64,000 nucleotides of DNA from Pseudovirgaria hyperparasitica (Eukaryota): NCBI GenBank assembly GCA_010093815.1, contig ML996581.1; one strand, given 5' to 3'. Positions 53,005-64,000 of the stretch are shown here, piece after piece. The position numbers were made by a program, and so were the translations under genes. The first letter of the stretch is position 1, and each line of letters starts with the position of its first letter. The notes under the pieces are model-generated. The model was given only the letters and a program-made list of their open reading frames with translations, did no database searches and was not told where the DNA came from.

Positions 53005-53955
53005 TCACAAAACCACCTGCATCCGACAGATATCATACACAACCCCATTAAACACCCCTCCCTCCCCGTCCCCCTCACACTCCACATCGCGCGTATTAAA
53101 CCCAGCAACCAACACACTCCTCGCCGGCGCCGGCGCATCCATCCACACCCGCCTCACCGCCCCATTAAACGCATCAATCCGAATCTCCTCATACCCACAC
53201 CGCGCCGCCTCCAGCATCATATACCGCGCAAGCCCCTTCATCAGTCCCAAGCCCTCATAATCGCGCCGTGTCGACGTCGCCTGTCGCATCAGCACCCGGC
53301 CCGACGTTACCAATGTTTCCGCACCCTCATTCTCTCGCTCGTCTTCTTTCTTCTCTCCTTCCGCCTCCGGCTCCGAAGGGACAAACGTCCACGGCGCCAA
53401 CGCAGCGGGCGTGCGCGCGTCCAGCTCATGCACGATAGGCGCGAAACAAGGCAGTGCTTCCATGAGCGGGGCTAGTTTCGCAGGGTCCAGCGGCCGAGAA
53501 GCGTCGTAGGCCATGGCGACGCTGACGAGGGGAAAGTCCATTGTGTGCAGGGCGGTTGTGCTGGCGTCTTTGTGCTCTGCTGCACCCTCGCCGGCACCGC
53601 TTTCACCTTTGCCTTCAACAGTGGCCTCAGCACCAGCATCATCGTAGAACAAACCCTCTACCCGTCGCGCCTCATCGGTTCGGTACTGATACTCGGTATC
53701 GTACACGCCTAGCGAGGTGCCGTGGGCGAGCTGGTGGGCGATGAGGTAGTCTAGGGCGCGTAGAGTGGCGGTGTAGCGGGCGGGCTGGGCGAGTGGGTAG
53801 ACGTTGGCGAAGAGGGGGGAGTGGAAGACGTTTGAGTGGGCGACGATGGCGGCGGCCCAGGAATGGTGGGTGGTGGGGATGGGGCGGATTGTGTAGCGGG
53901 AGGGGAGCGGGGAGGGGGTTGTTGGTGTGGGTGGGGAGAAGAATGGGATGGGCAT
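53005..53955 (-). CDS. Uncharacterised protein, possible GNAT fold
   Basis: Open frame from the ATG at 53955; ATSTRRDYEGLGLMKGL resembles the acetyl-CoA-binding motif A. Confidence 0.65.
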   Translation of the reverse strand: MPIPFFSPPTPTTPSPLPSRYTIRPIPTTHHSWAAAIVAHSNVFHSPLFANVYPLAQPARYTATLRALDYLIAHQLAHGTSLGVYDTEYQYRTDEARRVEGLFYDDAGAEATVEGKGESGAGEGAAEHKDASTTALHTMDFPLVSVAMAYDASRPLDPAKLAPLMEALPCFAPIVHELDARTPAALAPWTFVPSEPEAEGEKKEDERENEGAETLVTSGRVLMRQATSTRRDYEGLGLMKGLARYMMLEAARCGYEEIRIDAFNGAVRRVWMDAPAPARSVLVAGFNTRDVECEGDGEGGVFNGVVYDICRMQVVL

Positions 53956-54271
53956 ATTTGGAAGAGGTGGGAGGGAGAGGAGGGTTGGTTGTAAGGGGGG
54001 AGATGAGAGGATGGGAGGGGGAGGTGTTGATGATGGGATGAGGCTTTGAGGAAGGAGGATGGGAGGGTTGTTATATAGATGTTGTGCCACAGCTGATAGG
54101 ATGCTCTGCAGAGCTAGGTGGATTTAGCGTGTGCTGAGGTGAGCATGGGAGGATTCAGTCAGAGTGAGTTGAGCTGAGCGGAGCTAGTGATGGACATCAT
54201 GATATTCAAACTATTCCGCTGTGAAGGTGATATATCGAAATGCCACATGCCAAGGCGTATGTCTTATATCA

Positions 54272-55775
54272 CTACAATGTTTCAACCGGGTGCCGCACCC
54301 GCCCGTCCTCGACCCACTGACCGTCAAACATCTCCTCCAGGACCCTATATCGACTGTAGAAGGCATCATCGGATAGATATGCGCCTTTCAGCCAGCGCTC
54401 CCCTTTACTGGCATCAAACTCTCGCCGTGCGTGCAGCGTGCGCCTGTTGTCGAAGACGACACAGTCGCCTTCCTGTAGCCTGTACTCGAACAGATTCTCC
54501 TCTGCCGTAATCAGCTCGTTGAACTTCTTCGCTGCCTCCAGATACTCGGCCAGTGTGGGTCGGGAGCCCTGTGGCTGGGCAGGTGCGTAGTCGCTCGCCA
54601 TGGAGAATGGTGCTTGGAATGGCGGGGACCAGTTGACTTTGGATATGTTGGCCGTAGTACCTCCTTCTTCTCCTGAGGCTGGGTCTAGCGATGGTGGGAG
54701 CAGTGGGAAAGGGCGTCGTTCGAAAGTGTATCGTGTGTAGTAATAGTGCTGCGAGTCGTTGTGATAGTGGTACTGCACGGGGAAGTTGCACAGGACGTGG
54801 AACAGCTTGCGGTGGTGCAGATACATGGTTTCGGCCGCACGATAGGAGTCACTGAACAGAGAATTGCCCCCTGGCGCACGCGCACGTAGAGAATGGAGGA
54901 ACTGTAGATGGGGTGGGTTGGTCGTGTATCTGGAATTGAGGTATCAGAAATGACAGGACAGCATCGTCTCCAAGCACTTACAGTAAATCCATATGCAGGC
55001 CTAGAAACTGCTGTGTGTAGGCAACATTCTTGGAGTTTGGAATGGACTTGACGTCCCACGTCCGCCCGTAAAATGTGTCGTGCAGCCGGCCCATTCGTCC
55101 AACAATCCGCTCTACTGCAGTCTCATCGTCTGGCACGCTGCGTAGGAATAGGAGACCATATTTGTGGACATGCTTGATGGCCTCGTATAAGATCTCGTCT
55201 TCCTCAATGTAGTCGTTGTAGTCCAACCACAGATTATTCTTGGTGATGGTCTCCCTGTCCCATGTCGTTTGCCGGTCGACATATGCGCCATCATCCAATT
55301 GCGCCTTCACCCCAGCGACCTCTTGAAGAAAAGCTTGCGAAAGCTCCGTTTCGTGGTCTTCGCTATACCCGGGAACCTCTGGAGCCCACTTGATCGTTAT
55401 GCCCCGAGGAGACACGTGTAGGTCTCGGATCTGAATGTCTTGTGGTATGTCACAGGTCTGGAATTCCTTCTGCCTCGTCGACGGGTGGATACACTTTGGA
55501 CATATACAGCTGTCCCGCAGATGGATGCGGTCGTTCAGGGTGAAGCTCTCTTTGCTCATCGTTTGACCAGAGGGTGCGGCACCTTGACCCTTGGATTGGT
55601 AGAATTCCCTATATGTCACGACGGGACTGGTGTTCTGTTGACCAGAATATAGCCGTCTTCCTTCGTGACCAGCCAAACACCACCTCGTGTTCAGAAGCCT
55701 TGCTCTTCCATGTCTACTGCTTAGCCGAGCTAACACTCGGCATGCGCCCCTTGATGTCGCACGCAAGGACAGCAT
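54272..55775 (-). CDS. Mitochondrial gamma-butyrobetaine dioxygenase-like Fe/2OG enzyme (AIM17-like)
   Basis: Arg-rich presequence; LRDSCICPKC zinc domain; NVAYT..LHMD; intron 54981-54930; FDNRRTLHAR and RWLKGAY. Confidence 0.88.
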
Positions 55776-56405
55776 GGCCAAAGGCGCTGCAGAGGACTGG
55801 CTATTCTACAACTATTGCAAGATGATAGTAAGGTCTTGTCAAAATACCACTACTCCCGAGTTTGTATCAACCGAACCCCTCACTTTGTACGCTCTTGGGC
55901 GATAATGCAGGTGCAAGTATTGTCTATGCACGTGCGAATAGAAACTCAAGCCAGACCAGACCAAGCGAGGCCCAGCGCCGCCGCCTCGGGACCCAGAAAT
56001 TGCTCCATCTGGGCAAGCTGAGCCGTCCCTTGACCGAATGATGCATCAGGAGAGTGAAGAGGGGGAAAGATCCCAATTGCGCAGTGTGGAGTCCTGAAGA
56101 CTTTAGTGAAGGGAGAGGGGACGCGCTAAGGCAGGACAGCGACCAGAACTCGGAGTTAACGTCCGACGTCAGGGCTGACTTCGGGCATTAATTAATTAAT
56201 TATTAAAAAGTATAATACACTTCATATCAATGGTTCCCAACCACCACTATCAATAGTTTCCAGAAACAACATCAGCACCGCACAGAGCGTTCATTCTTCT
56301 TCCAAATAGTCATACAACTCCTACGCCTTCCACTCCTCCCCAGTCCTCCTCGCACACGCGACCGCATTCCTCATTCTCAGCCTTTCCACACCAGCTCCTT
56401 GATGC

Positions 56406-57416
56406 ATGTCGCAAGCCGTAACCCAACTCAAAGATGAGGTACCTATTCTCTCCACCCTCCACCCTCCCAAACCTAACACTCTCTCCCAGGGCACACGCAC
56501 ACAAGTCCTCCTGGCAGGCGCCACAGCAGGCCTCGTCTCCCGCTTCGCCATCGCGCCCCTCGACGTCCTGAAAATCCGCCTCCAACTCCAACCCCACGCG
56601 CCCTCCACCACAAGTAGCAGCAGAAGCAGCAGCACAACCCTACGCTCCACCCTCACACACCTGCTCAAACACGAGGGCATCACCGCCCTCTGGAAAGGCA
56701 ACATGCCCGCCGAAGCCCTCTACATAAGCTACGGCGCCGTCCAATTCACAGTCTACAAACACACCCACTCCGCCCTCGCCGCCCTGCCCACACGCCTCAC
56801 CCTCCCAGACACAGCCGCCAGCTTCATCGCCGGCGGCGTAGCCGGCAGCGTCGCAACCACAGCAACATACCCGCTCGACCTGCTGCGCACGCGCTTCGCA
56901 GCACAAGGCACAACGCGCGTCTACGCCGGGATCGCAGCGGCAGTGCGCGAGATCCACGCGCAGGAAGGCAAGGGCGGGTTTTTCCGCGGGTGGGCGGCGG
57001 GCGTAGGCCAGGTGGTGCCGTACATGGGGCTTTTCTTCGCCGGGTACGAGGCGCTAAAGGGCGTGCTGGGCGGGCTGGAGTTGCCGGGGGGCAGCGGGGA
57101 TGCGGCGGCGGGCGTGGTGGCGAGTGTGGCGAGCAAGACGGCTGTGTTCCCGCTGGATACGGTGCGGAAGAGGCTGCAGGTGCAAGGGCCGACGAGGGGT
57201 CGGTATGTGCATGGTGATATGCTGCCTGAGTATCGGGGTGTGCTGGGGACGGTGCGTGCGGTTGTGGTGAGGGAGGGCGTCAGGGGCTTGTATCGTGGGT
57301 TGAGCGTCAGTCTGCTGAAGGCGGCGCCGGCGAGTGCGGTCACGATGTGGACGTATGAGCGCACGATGGCACTGCTGTTGAAGGCGGATGAGATTGTGTC
57401 GCATGGCAGTGCGTAG
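56406..57416 (+). CDS. TPC1: Mitochondrial thiamine pyrophosphate carrier
   Basis: Three carrier signatures ([29 protein letters not shown]); LWKGNMPAE and [13 protein letters not shown]. Confidence 0.92.
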   Translation: MSQAVTQLKDEVPILSTLHPPKPNTLSQGTRTQVLLAGATAGLVSRFAIAPLDVLKIRLQLQPHAPSTTSSSRSSSTTLRSTLTHLLKHEGITALWKGNMPAEALYISYGAVQFTVYKHTHSALAALPTRLTLPDTAASFIAGGVAGSVATTATYPLDLLRTRFAAQGTTRVYAGIAAAVREIHAQEGKGGFFRGWAAGVGQVVPYMGLFFAGYEALKGVLGGLELPGGSGDAAAGVVASVASKTAVFPLDTVRKRLQVQGPTRGRYVHGDMLPEYRGVLGTVRAVVVREGVRGLYRGLSVSLLKAAPASAVTMWTYERTMALLLKADEIVSHGSA

Positions 57417-58100
57417 TGTAGGGAGGCGGTACAGCGCGACATGTCAGTCAGTCAGTCAGTCAGTCATACACATAGACCAGCTCGGCAGGACATATAGACA
57501 GACAGTAGACGCTGGCCTATCCTTTTCCATTTCATATGATACCCCCTCATTACAATCACAAAATATACTGATAATATAACATACGAAAAATTCTCAACCA
57601 CGGTACTTCAAAAACTTGGTTAATTCACTTCATTCATTCATTTCATCAACGAACCGAATGCTAGCATACACACACCCATCTATCTCATCGTACACCTTCC
57701 AGACTGACTAGCTCTCTATCCACCAACCTCATGTCTGCCCAAAAACCCCCGCAAAACAACATCCAATTAGTCTACAAACAAACAAAAAAGAATAGGAGAA
57801 AAGCCCCGTTGGCGTGGTGAGAGAGAGAGCGATGCACACACAAAAAGAAACGAAACGAGAAAGCCACTACCACCACGCTCCCCGCATAAGAAAGAGTGCC
57901 AACTCCAAGCACTCTATCTCGTAAAAGAAAAGGCCGTCCGGTATCGTATCTTCGATACTCGAGGCCGAAAATGCTACGCTACTCCCCTGCATAAGATAGA
58001 AAGACCCAAACGCCGCTTTCTGTAGCCTTCCCGCCCGCCGTGCTACAGAAAGGTTATGCGAGAGTGAAAAGGTCATAGATGAGAAAGAAAGACTTGAAAA

Positions 58101-59696
58101 TCACCGGTCCTTGCTGCCGGAATTCTGCTTGTTCTCAGGTGGACAGCAGACGTTCTTGTTGTCGCAGCAGTCGAGCAGACACGAATCGCGCATGCTTTCC
58201 GTTAGGCTATTTTGCTTGCTAACCTGCCTGCTGCTGTTGTTCATGCCGTCGCTTGCTTCGCTGATGTTGTCCTCGATCGGATCGACTGAGCCGGGCCCGC
58301 CGTCGTTATAGAACTCGGGTTGGATCGTCGACGAGTGGATGCCGAAGCCGTGTAGGCATTCACGTATCTCTCGCGCAAGCTGCATGTAGCGTTGGCTGCC
58401 TTGTCCGCGGAAGTTGAAAGCGACCTGGACATGGAGAGAGGCAATCAGCGTTGTGTCGCTGAGTTGCCAGACATGGATGTCGTGTGCGCTGAGAACACCT
58501 TCGAGGGTCTCAATGTCTTCCTGGAGTTTCTCCACATCGACAGACTCGGGAGTAGCTTGGAGAAGGATGCGAGATGCGGCTTTGCAAAGAGGGATGGCTG
58601 TATGCAGAATAATTAGGGTAATAACGAGAGATATGGCCGGATCAGCGTAGAATCGCCACTTGTATCGAGTGAGCCAGATGATGAGGGCAGACGCAATTAC
58701 TCCGACATTGCCGAGAGCATCGCCGAGTACGTGAAGAAAGACGCCGCGCATGTTGAGATCCCCATGAGAATGGCCGTGGCCTCCTTTGCCCTTTTTCTTT
58801 GGTTGAGAGTGGTGGTGCTTCTTGTGATCGGCTCCAGACTTCTTGACATGACTGTGTGAGTGGGCGTGTGACTTTGCCTTGTTCAACAGACCAGACTGTT
58901 CGTTGTCCTCGGCATCTTCGGAATCAGCCTCGGACGAGGCAGCGTCAGAGTCAGCTTGACCTGAGCCCGGGTGCAGAATCTGCTCTGCCTCCACAAGAAA
59001 GTCGTGACGGAGGGAACCAGGATGGATCGAGCCGGACTTGGTTCTTCCATGTAGATATGCGGATGGATTCGATTTGGACGGCGTGTCCTTGATATCCCAC
59101 GAGATATCTTTCGGTTGGCTGGCGGTCCCATATCCTGCCACGCGTGTACTTGGAAGGACGTCCACAATTCGTCCGCTTTCGTCTGCAACAGCATCGGTCT
59201 CGGCGTCGTGTGAATGCGCATGCGCATGCCTGTGGCCTTCCTCGGCAATCCCATGGCTATCATGGCTGTGGCCCGCATCTCCATGCGAATGTCCGTGATC
59301 GTGAAAGAGGAAGAGGCCAACGACGTTGCTGGCCAGTCCGAAACAGCCAACGATCATGACCAGCATTGGCTTCTGCACCTCTTGCGGCTCCACGAAGCGC
59401 TGTATCGCGTCCAGGACGATACTCATACACAACGCGACGAGGAAGACGCCATTCACGAGCGCACCCAGTGTTTCTGCTCGCTTCCATCCATATGTAAAAG
59501 AGCTTGATCTATCTTTCTGGGCGGCCTTGACGGCCCACAAACCCACGACGAGTGTAAGTATATCGTTCAGCATGTGGAAGGAATCGGCGACCAGAGCTAG
59601 CGAATGGACGGCATAACCAACGATAATCTCGAGAAGGAAGAAAGCCACATCGATGGCCAGCAGTATCTGCATGCGCGTGGACTTGGAGAGTCCCAT
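58101..59696 (-). CDS. ZRC1: CDF-family vacuolar zinc transporter (Zrc1/Cot1)
   Basis: ALVADSFHMLND, His-rich loop, NMRGVFLHVLGDALGN and HSSTIQPE. Confidence 0.94.
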   Translation of the reverse strand: MGLSKSTRMQILLAIDVAFFLLEIIVGYAVHSLALVADSFHMLNDILTLVVGLWAVKAAQKDRSSSFTYGWKRAETLGALVNGVFLVALCMSIVLDAIQRFVEPQEVQKPMLVMIVGCFGLASNVVGLFLFHDHGHSHGDAGHSHDSHGIAEEGHRHAHAHSHDAETDAVADESGRIVDVLPSTRVAGYGTASQPKDISWDIKDTPSKSNPSAYLHGRTKSGSIHPGSLRHDFLVEAEQILHPGSGQADSDAASSEADSEDAEDNEQSGLLNKAKSHAHSHSHVKKSGADHKKHHHSQPKKKGKGGHGHSHGDLNMRGVFLHVLGDALGNVGVIASALIIWLTRYKWRFYADPAISLVITLIILHTAIPLCKAASRILLQATPESVDVEKLQEDIETLEGVLSAHDIHVWQLSDTTLIASLHVQVAFNFRGQGSQRYMQLAREIRECLHGFGIHSSTIQPEFYNDGGPGSVDPIEDNISEASDGMNNSSRQVSKQNSLTESMRDSCLLDCCDNKNVCCPPENKQNSGSKDR

Positions 59697-60398
59697 GGCG
59701 GCGGGGAGGGGCGATATCGGGATAAATTGACGGAGGAGATGATCAGCAGCAGTCAGTGTAGTAGAGGGAAAACCGTGATTGGATATGTGCTGATTGTCGG
59801 ACTGTGGGCTGGAATGCAGCAGAGCAGTGACGTGAGTAGTTGGAGTATGTATGTGTAACGTTCGGAGGTGCGAAAAGAGCCTCTAATGAATGACAAGCCC
59901 TGGAAGCCGCTAAGGTAGCCCCTCCCTTACGAATGAACGTATTGGGGGCAGCTGCGACCTGTGTGGGCTGTCGGTGGATCCTGCCGAAAATGGAAAAAAC
60001 CGTTTCGTTGCCTCTTGCGTCGTTTGCTGCCGGCAGATTGGGAAAGAATGCAAAGACACCTCAGGCTGTAAGACTAAACCTCAGGCAACGACAAGAACAC
60101 CAACAAAGTAAAACACACCCAAGTCCCAGATCCCACACGACGGATGGCAATTCTATACTTTATATATATCGATATTACCTATAAAACCCGAATTTCACAC
60201 ACAGACTGTCTCCGAAATACCTTCCTACGGACATGGCACAGGGCGGGCTTTTCTCCGTGCCCTCAAATTCAACGTTTCGGAGTCCTCATTTCAATAAACA
60301 AGCGTCCTTTTAGACTTTATACCAGAACCACTCCTTGTCTTTATCCTCCGACCCCAGCATCTTCCCAGTCTCGTTGCCATGAACTCACTTCGCCCGTT

Positions 60399-61379
60399 TC
60401 ACCCAGCTCGCCTCGCCTCTCTCCGGATACCCACTCCGACCGTGATCGCAAACAACGCCAGTCCAAGCTAAATCCACCCATTCAACACATTAACCATCAG
60501 CTCACATCAACAAATCTCATTCTGTCCCCCCCAGGTCTCCGATCGCGATCAGGAAGAGAAGAAAGAAAGAAAAAAAAAACTTACCAGAACGAGCATGCCA
60601 AACACCACCATCAGCTCCCAGCCGCGCGCATACACCTTGCCCCGGACCAGCGCATTCTGCTGACGCCAGAACCGATACGCGCCCACAAGCACGACCACCA
60701 GCGCCGCCGCCTGGAACGTCGCCGCCAGCGCCTTGCCCACCTTGTAGAAGCCAAACTCTGCGTCCGGCTTGATCGAGTGCTGCAGTCGGAACATCTGCGC
60801 CGTGATCACGGATGTCATGGACAGCGCGACGCTGGTGCGTACATATGCCAGGAATGTTCGTTCCAGTGCTGCTTGGATGTGCCCTCGCTGCGTCAGCCCT
60901 GTGTCCCTGCGGATGCTAAGATTGTGTGTGCTAGTGCTGGTATGTGGTGTATGGTGCTATGGTGGGTGGTATCATGGTATGCTAGGAGTGACATTCGCGT
61001 GCGTGCTTGGATCGCCCGGACGTTCGTACGTACCGAGATGGTCGCGTCTCGCATCTGCCCCGACGACGACGCTGACCTGTCTTCTCCAGAATGCCGTTAT
61101 GCCATCGTGCCACTGCCACGCTCTTTTTCTGTTTGCGGTTGGTGGAGATGCACGTGTTGGCTCGCTTGCTTCAGTATTAGTACTAACGCCTCGTTGCCTC
61201 ACTATGCCAGCGTCGAGGGAGCGCAGTTCTGTTGCTTCGAGCTCATGACCTTGACCTTGCTCAGGTTCAGTAATAGCGGTAGCGTCGAAGATTTTGTCTG
61301 CTTCGTCGTGTGTCGTCGGTTCTACTACTGCTGGCGCGGCATTGTGCGTCTCGCCACCGCCGTCGAGTGTGTCTAACAT
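60399..61379 (-). CDS. DUF202 membrane protein
   Basis: RDHL-ALERTFLAYVRTS formed across intron 61033-60869; a second intron leads to the exon LGLALFAITVGVGIRREARRAG*. Confidence 0.82.
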
Positions 61380-61619
61380 CGGCTAGTTGCTCTAGATTGA
61401 GCGCGGCGTCGTTGTATTGTGCTCAGGATGGTGTATGTAAAGAGACAGATAATTTTGTACTGGTGCGGTAGGTAGGTATAGCTGAGTACACACAACTGTT
61501 AAGCCCGTCTCTAGCCCCGCCCTGGAGAGTTCCGAGAGATAACAACACACACAACACAGTGTCTCGACACTACCCGTAATCAATTCATTCCAAGATCTAC
61601 TGACTACAGATGCAAACAC

Positions 61620-64000
61620 TCACAAGTACCCCAGCCCACCTCCACCCACAAACTCCAGATCACTCCGCACAACCCACGCCTCTACCCCCATCTTCGCCAG
61701 CCCCTCCGCTTTCCTCTGGCTACTAACCTCGTTCCACCGCCTCAAGATGCTGCCGTCCAGGATGCCTCTACTGCCATAGCCCTCGCTCTCAATCGCCCTG
61801 TGCGCCCTCGGGTTCAGCCCACACGCATGGTCAAGGACACTAGTCAGGAATGCCTGCAAGGCCCCAAGACGCCTGTACATCGCCTCGTCGACCGGGGTGA
61901 TGAGGCCCAGGGAACCCGACTGCGTGCTGAGGAGGATCTGCTGGGGCGCCGATCTTGGCTCGTTGTTGTCGTCCATGTCGACATTGTCTCTGTCGGGTGC
62001 TGTTTGTGTGGCCACGAGCGTGCTGGGGAGGAGTGTCATGGTTGTTGGGAAGTGGCCGAGGTGGAAGGTGCTCTTGTTCAGGAGACGGGCGCCGGACTCT
62101 GTTTGGGGATCTGTGGGTTTGTATCAGCATGTTAGATGCTCTCAGTGTATCTGTTGGTCAAACGTACGTTCTGGGTCGTATTGCATGACGTGCAACGTGC
62201 AGTCTGCGTCTGCGATGACAATGTACAGGTTGCCGTCATGAGGCAGGAATTCGGCCGTCATGACCTCCATCTTGCTGCGTGTCTTGCCGAATAAAATCAT
62301 CTTGTATGGTTCTTCCTGTGAGATTATGAGTATCCGAGTGCGTCTTCACGTACGCCGTACGTACCGTATATCCCGTGAACCACAGCCCCTTGGCAATATC
62401 GCCCATCAGCACCATCCCCGTGCCCTTCAATGCCTTCGCCACCGTGACATAGCACTGCATGTCCATGAACGCCACTGGTAGCAGTGTCCCGTCTTCTTTC
62501 AAGCCTCGCACCATGCACTTCTGGCCCTGCGCCACAAGAATAAACCCTTGTGCGCCAATCTCTGACAGTGCCGTCACCGCACCCTTGACTTCCTCCTGGA
62601 CTATCAGGCGCAGCTTTCGGTTCGTCTCCGGACGATCGGGCTCGGGCACGACGGTGATGATCTCGAAGATGTACACGCAGCCCTTGGTAGCTAGGTCCTC
62701 GCCGCGCACATACGCAGTGCCGACGGCAAGAAGCTCGCGCCGCTCATGCGTGGTTTCCGAAACTTCGAGATTCAGGACGTCCATGCACATGATGACCTCA
62801 TTTTCTTCGAGCTCGTAGCTGTTGCAGGTTAGTATCTTGTGCGACGCTTGAGTGAAAGGCTACGTACGTGTCGATGATGGACCAATTGGCGGGATGCAGA
62901 AGTTTGATCTGGCCCCGTTCTGTCTCGGGCCGGAACGTGATGTCTGAGTCGGGGATTAGCATTTTCCTTCGGTGTTGTGCCCAGTACACCTACCTTCTCT
63001 TGCCCACTCATGGTGGTATGAGTCCTCTGGAAGCGAGAACGGTTCAATAATGCTTGTTGCGAGAGCATACACTCCTTTTGGTGGATAATAGCACACTTTA
63101 CTGACGTCTTGGCCGATGGGAAGTTTTTTGTGTGCCCAACCAAGCGTCGAATACTGGAATCCAACCGGCAGTTGAGAGAATCGGAGAACACCCTAAGATC
63201 TTTAGCTTGCCGACAAAACATTGTCTTCATTCATTGGTACACATACGTCGATGTCGATGCTAGCAAACCCTTGTTCACACGTTGATGTATGATGCTTGGT
63301 GATTGCATTGATCGGCTTCCCTCGTAATGGGATGACCTTGGGCGAGTCTGAGGCTTCTTTCAAGATGAACGAGGGCGAGGCGCCCCCTTGGAAGACTGTA
63401 CTGTAACCCCCAACACTCCGCAACACTTTCAACGTGGTAGCATTTGCAGACTTTAGTGACTCTGCCGCGGCCTCTTCTGAGTACCTCGGAAGTTGCGGCT
63501 GCGATGCCTTGAGCCATCTGAGGTTTGTCGTGAAAGGCTCTGTGCCGTCTCCTGAAGGAAAATGGAATGGGCTATATATGACAAGGTCATCTAGAGAGGT
63601 CCGAACCTTATTGCTATCAGCACTGATGAAATACTGTCTAACCGCGAGCACTTACTATCAAATGAGGTGTCTTGCTCACGGGATCACCCAAATCGGCCAC
63701 GAGAAGCTCAGTAATCGTCGCCTTGTTTGCGGTACGTCGAGGCGCATGCCCGGAGCTGACTACTTTGGGAAGAAAACTGAATCCCTCGGCGACATAACTA
63801 GGCTTTTCGAGATCCGGTAAGGTGTAAATCTTCAGAGCTCCTTCAGCGTTTATGAGGAACACCAAAGCCTCGTCATTTGTGCTTTGTGATTGGTATATGC
63901 AGCCAGAAAGCCATTTAGAGGATCGAAAGTCGTCGCCTTGTTCCACTTCTTCGATATCGCCGCCCAGCTCAGCCTTGAAGACAACCGCGCTTGCATCATC
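61620..64000 (-). CDS. CFT1: CPSF160 / Cft1, 3' portion (5' end lies outside the window)
   Basis: [34 protein letters not shown] and [11 protein letters not shown]; several GT-AG introns. Confidence 0.95.

Noticed and set aside
56010..56075. TPP riboswitch upstream of TPC1
   Set aside because: It has CTGAG but lacks the ACCTGAT..GATAAT..GCG core.
59906..59921. ZafA/Zap1-type zinc-response element upstream of ZRC1
   Set aside because: TAAGGT core with mismatches to the CARGGT consensus; too weak.
60144..61376. 410-aa + strand ORF
   Set aside because: Antisense shadow of the DUF202 gene; low-complexity, no motifs.
1..64000. Transposons, tRNAs, rRNA, spliceosomal snRNAs and TGA-CTA readthrough signals
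   Set aside because: No recognisable signatures by eye; tRNAscan-SE, cmscan and RepeatMasker would be needed to exclude them.

Overview
Gene-dense, intron-rich euchromatin from a filamentous ascomycete (Pezizomycotina; Dothideomycetes is a guess). There are about 25 protein-coding genes, reconstructed by hand across GT-AG introns: FSH1-type hydrolase, MFS transporter, membrane-anchored bZIP factor, Sel1-repeat protein, Red5/ZC3H3-like CCCH protein, NOC4, ATP4, an acyltransferase-fold protein, eIF3d, NPP1, CYP53, VPS53, a GH18 chitinase, YTH1, WSS1, TPA1, a BBOX/AIM17-like dioxygenase, TPC1, ZRC1/COT1, a DUF202 protein, the 3' part of CFT1 and several hypotheticals. I saw no transposon, tRNA, rRNA or CRISPR. 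The signals not visible in the ORF track are: (1) an 852-nt terminal intron in the Sel1 gene full of nested helices, followed by a 3'-UTR segment carrying RNase MRP/P-like P1 and P4 signatures; (2) a full-span, internally deleted RCC1/RanGEF pseudogene with RIP-like damage; (3) four CGG triplets phased exactly 11 bp apart upstream of CYP53; (4) a GC-AG intron and three stop-free 3n introns in the CCCH gene; (5) recurrent C-rich to G-rich skew domains. All homology calls come from recognised motifs, not database searches.
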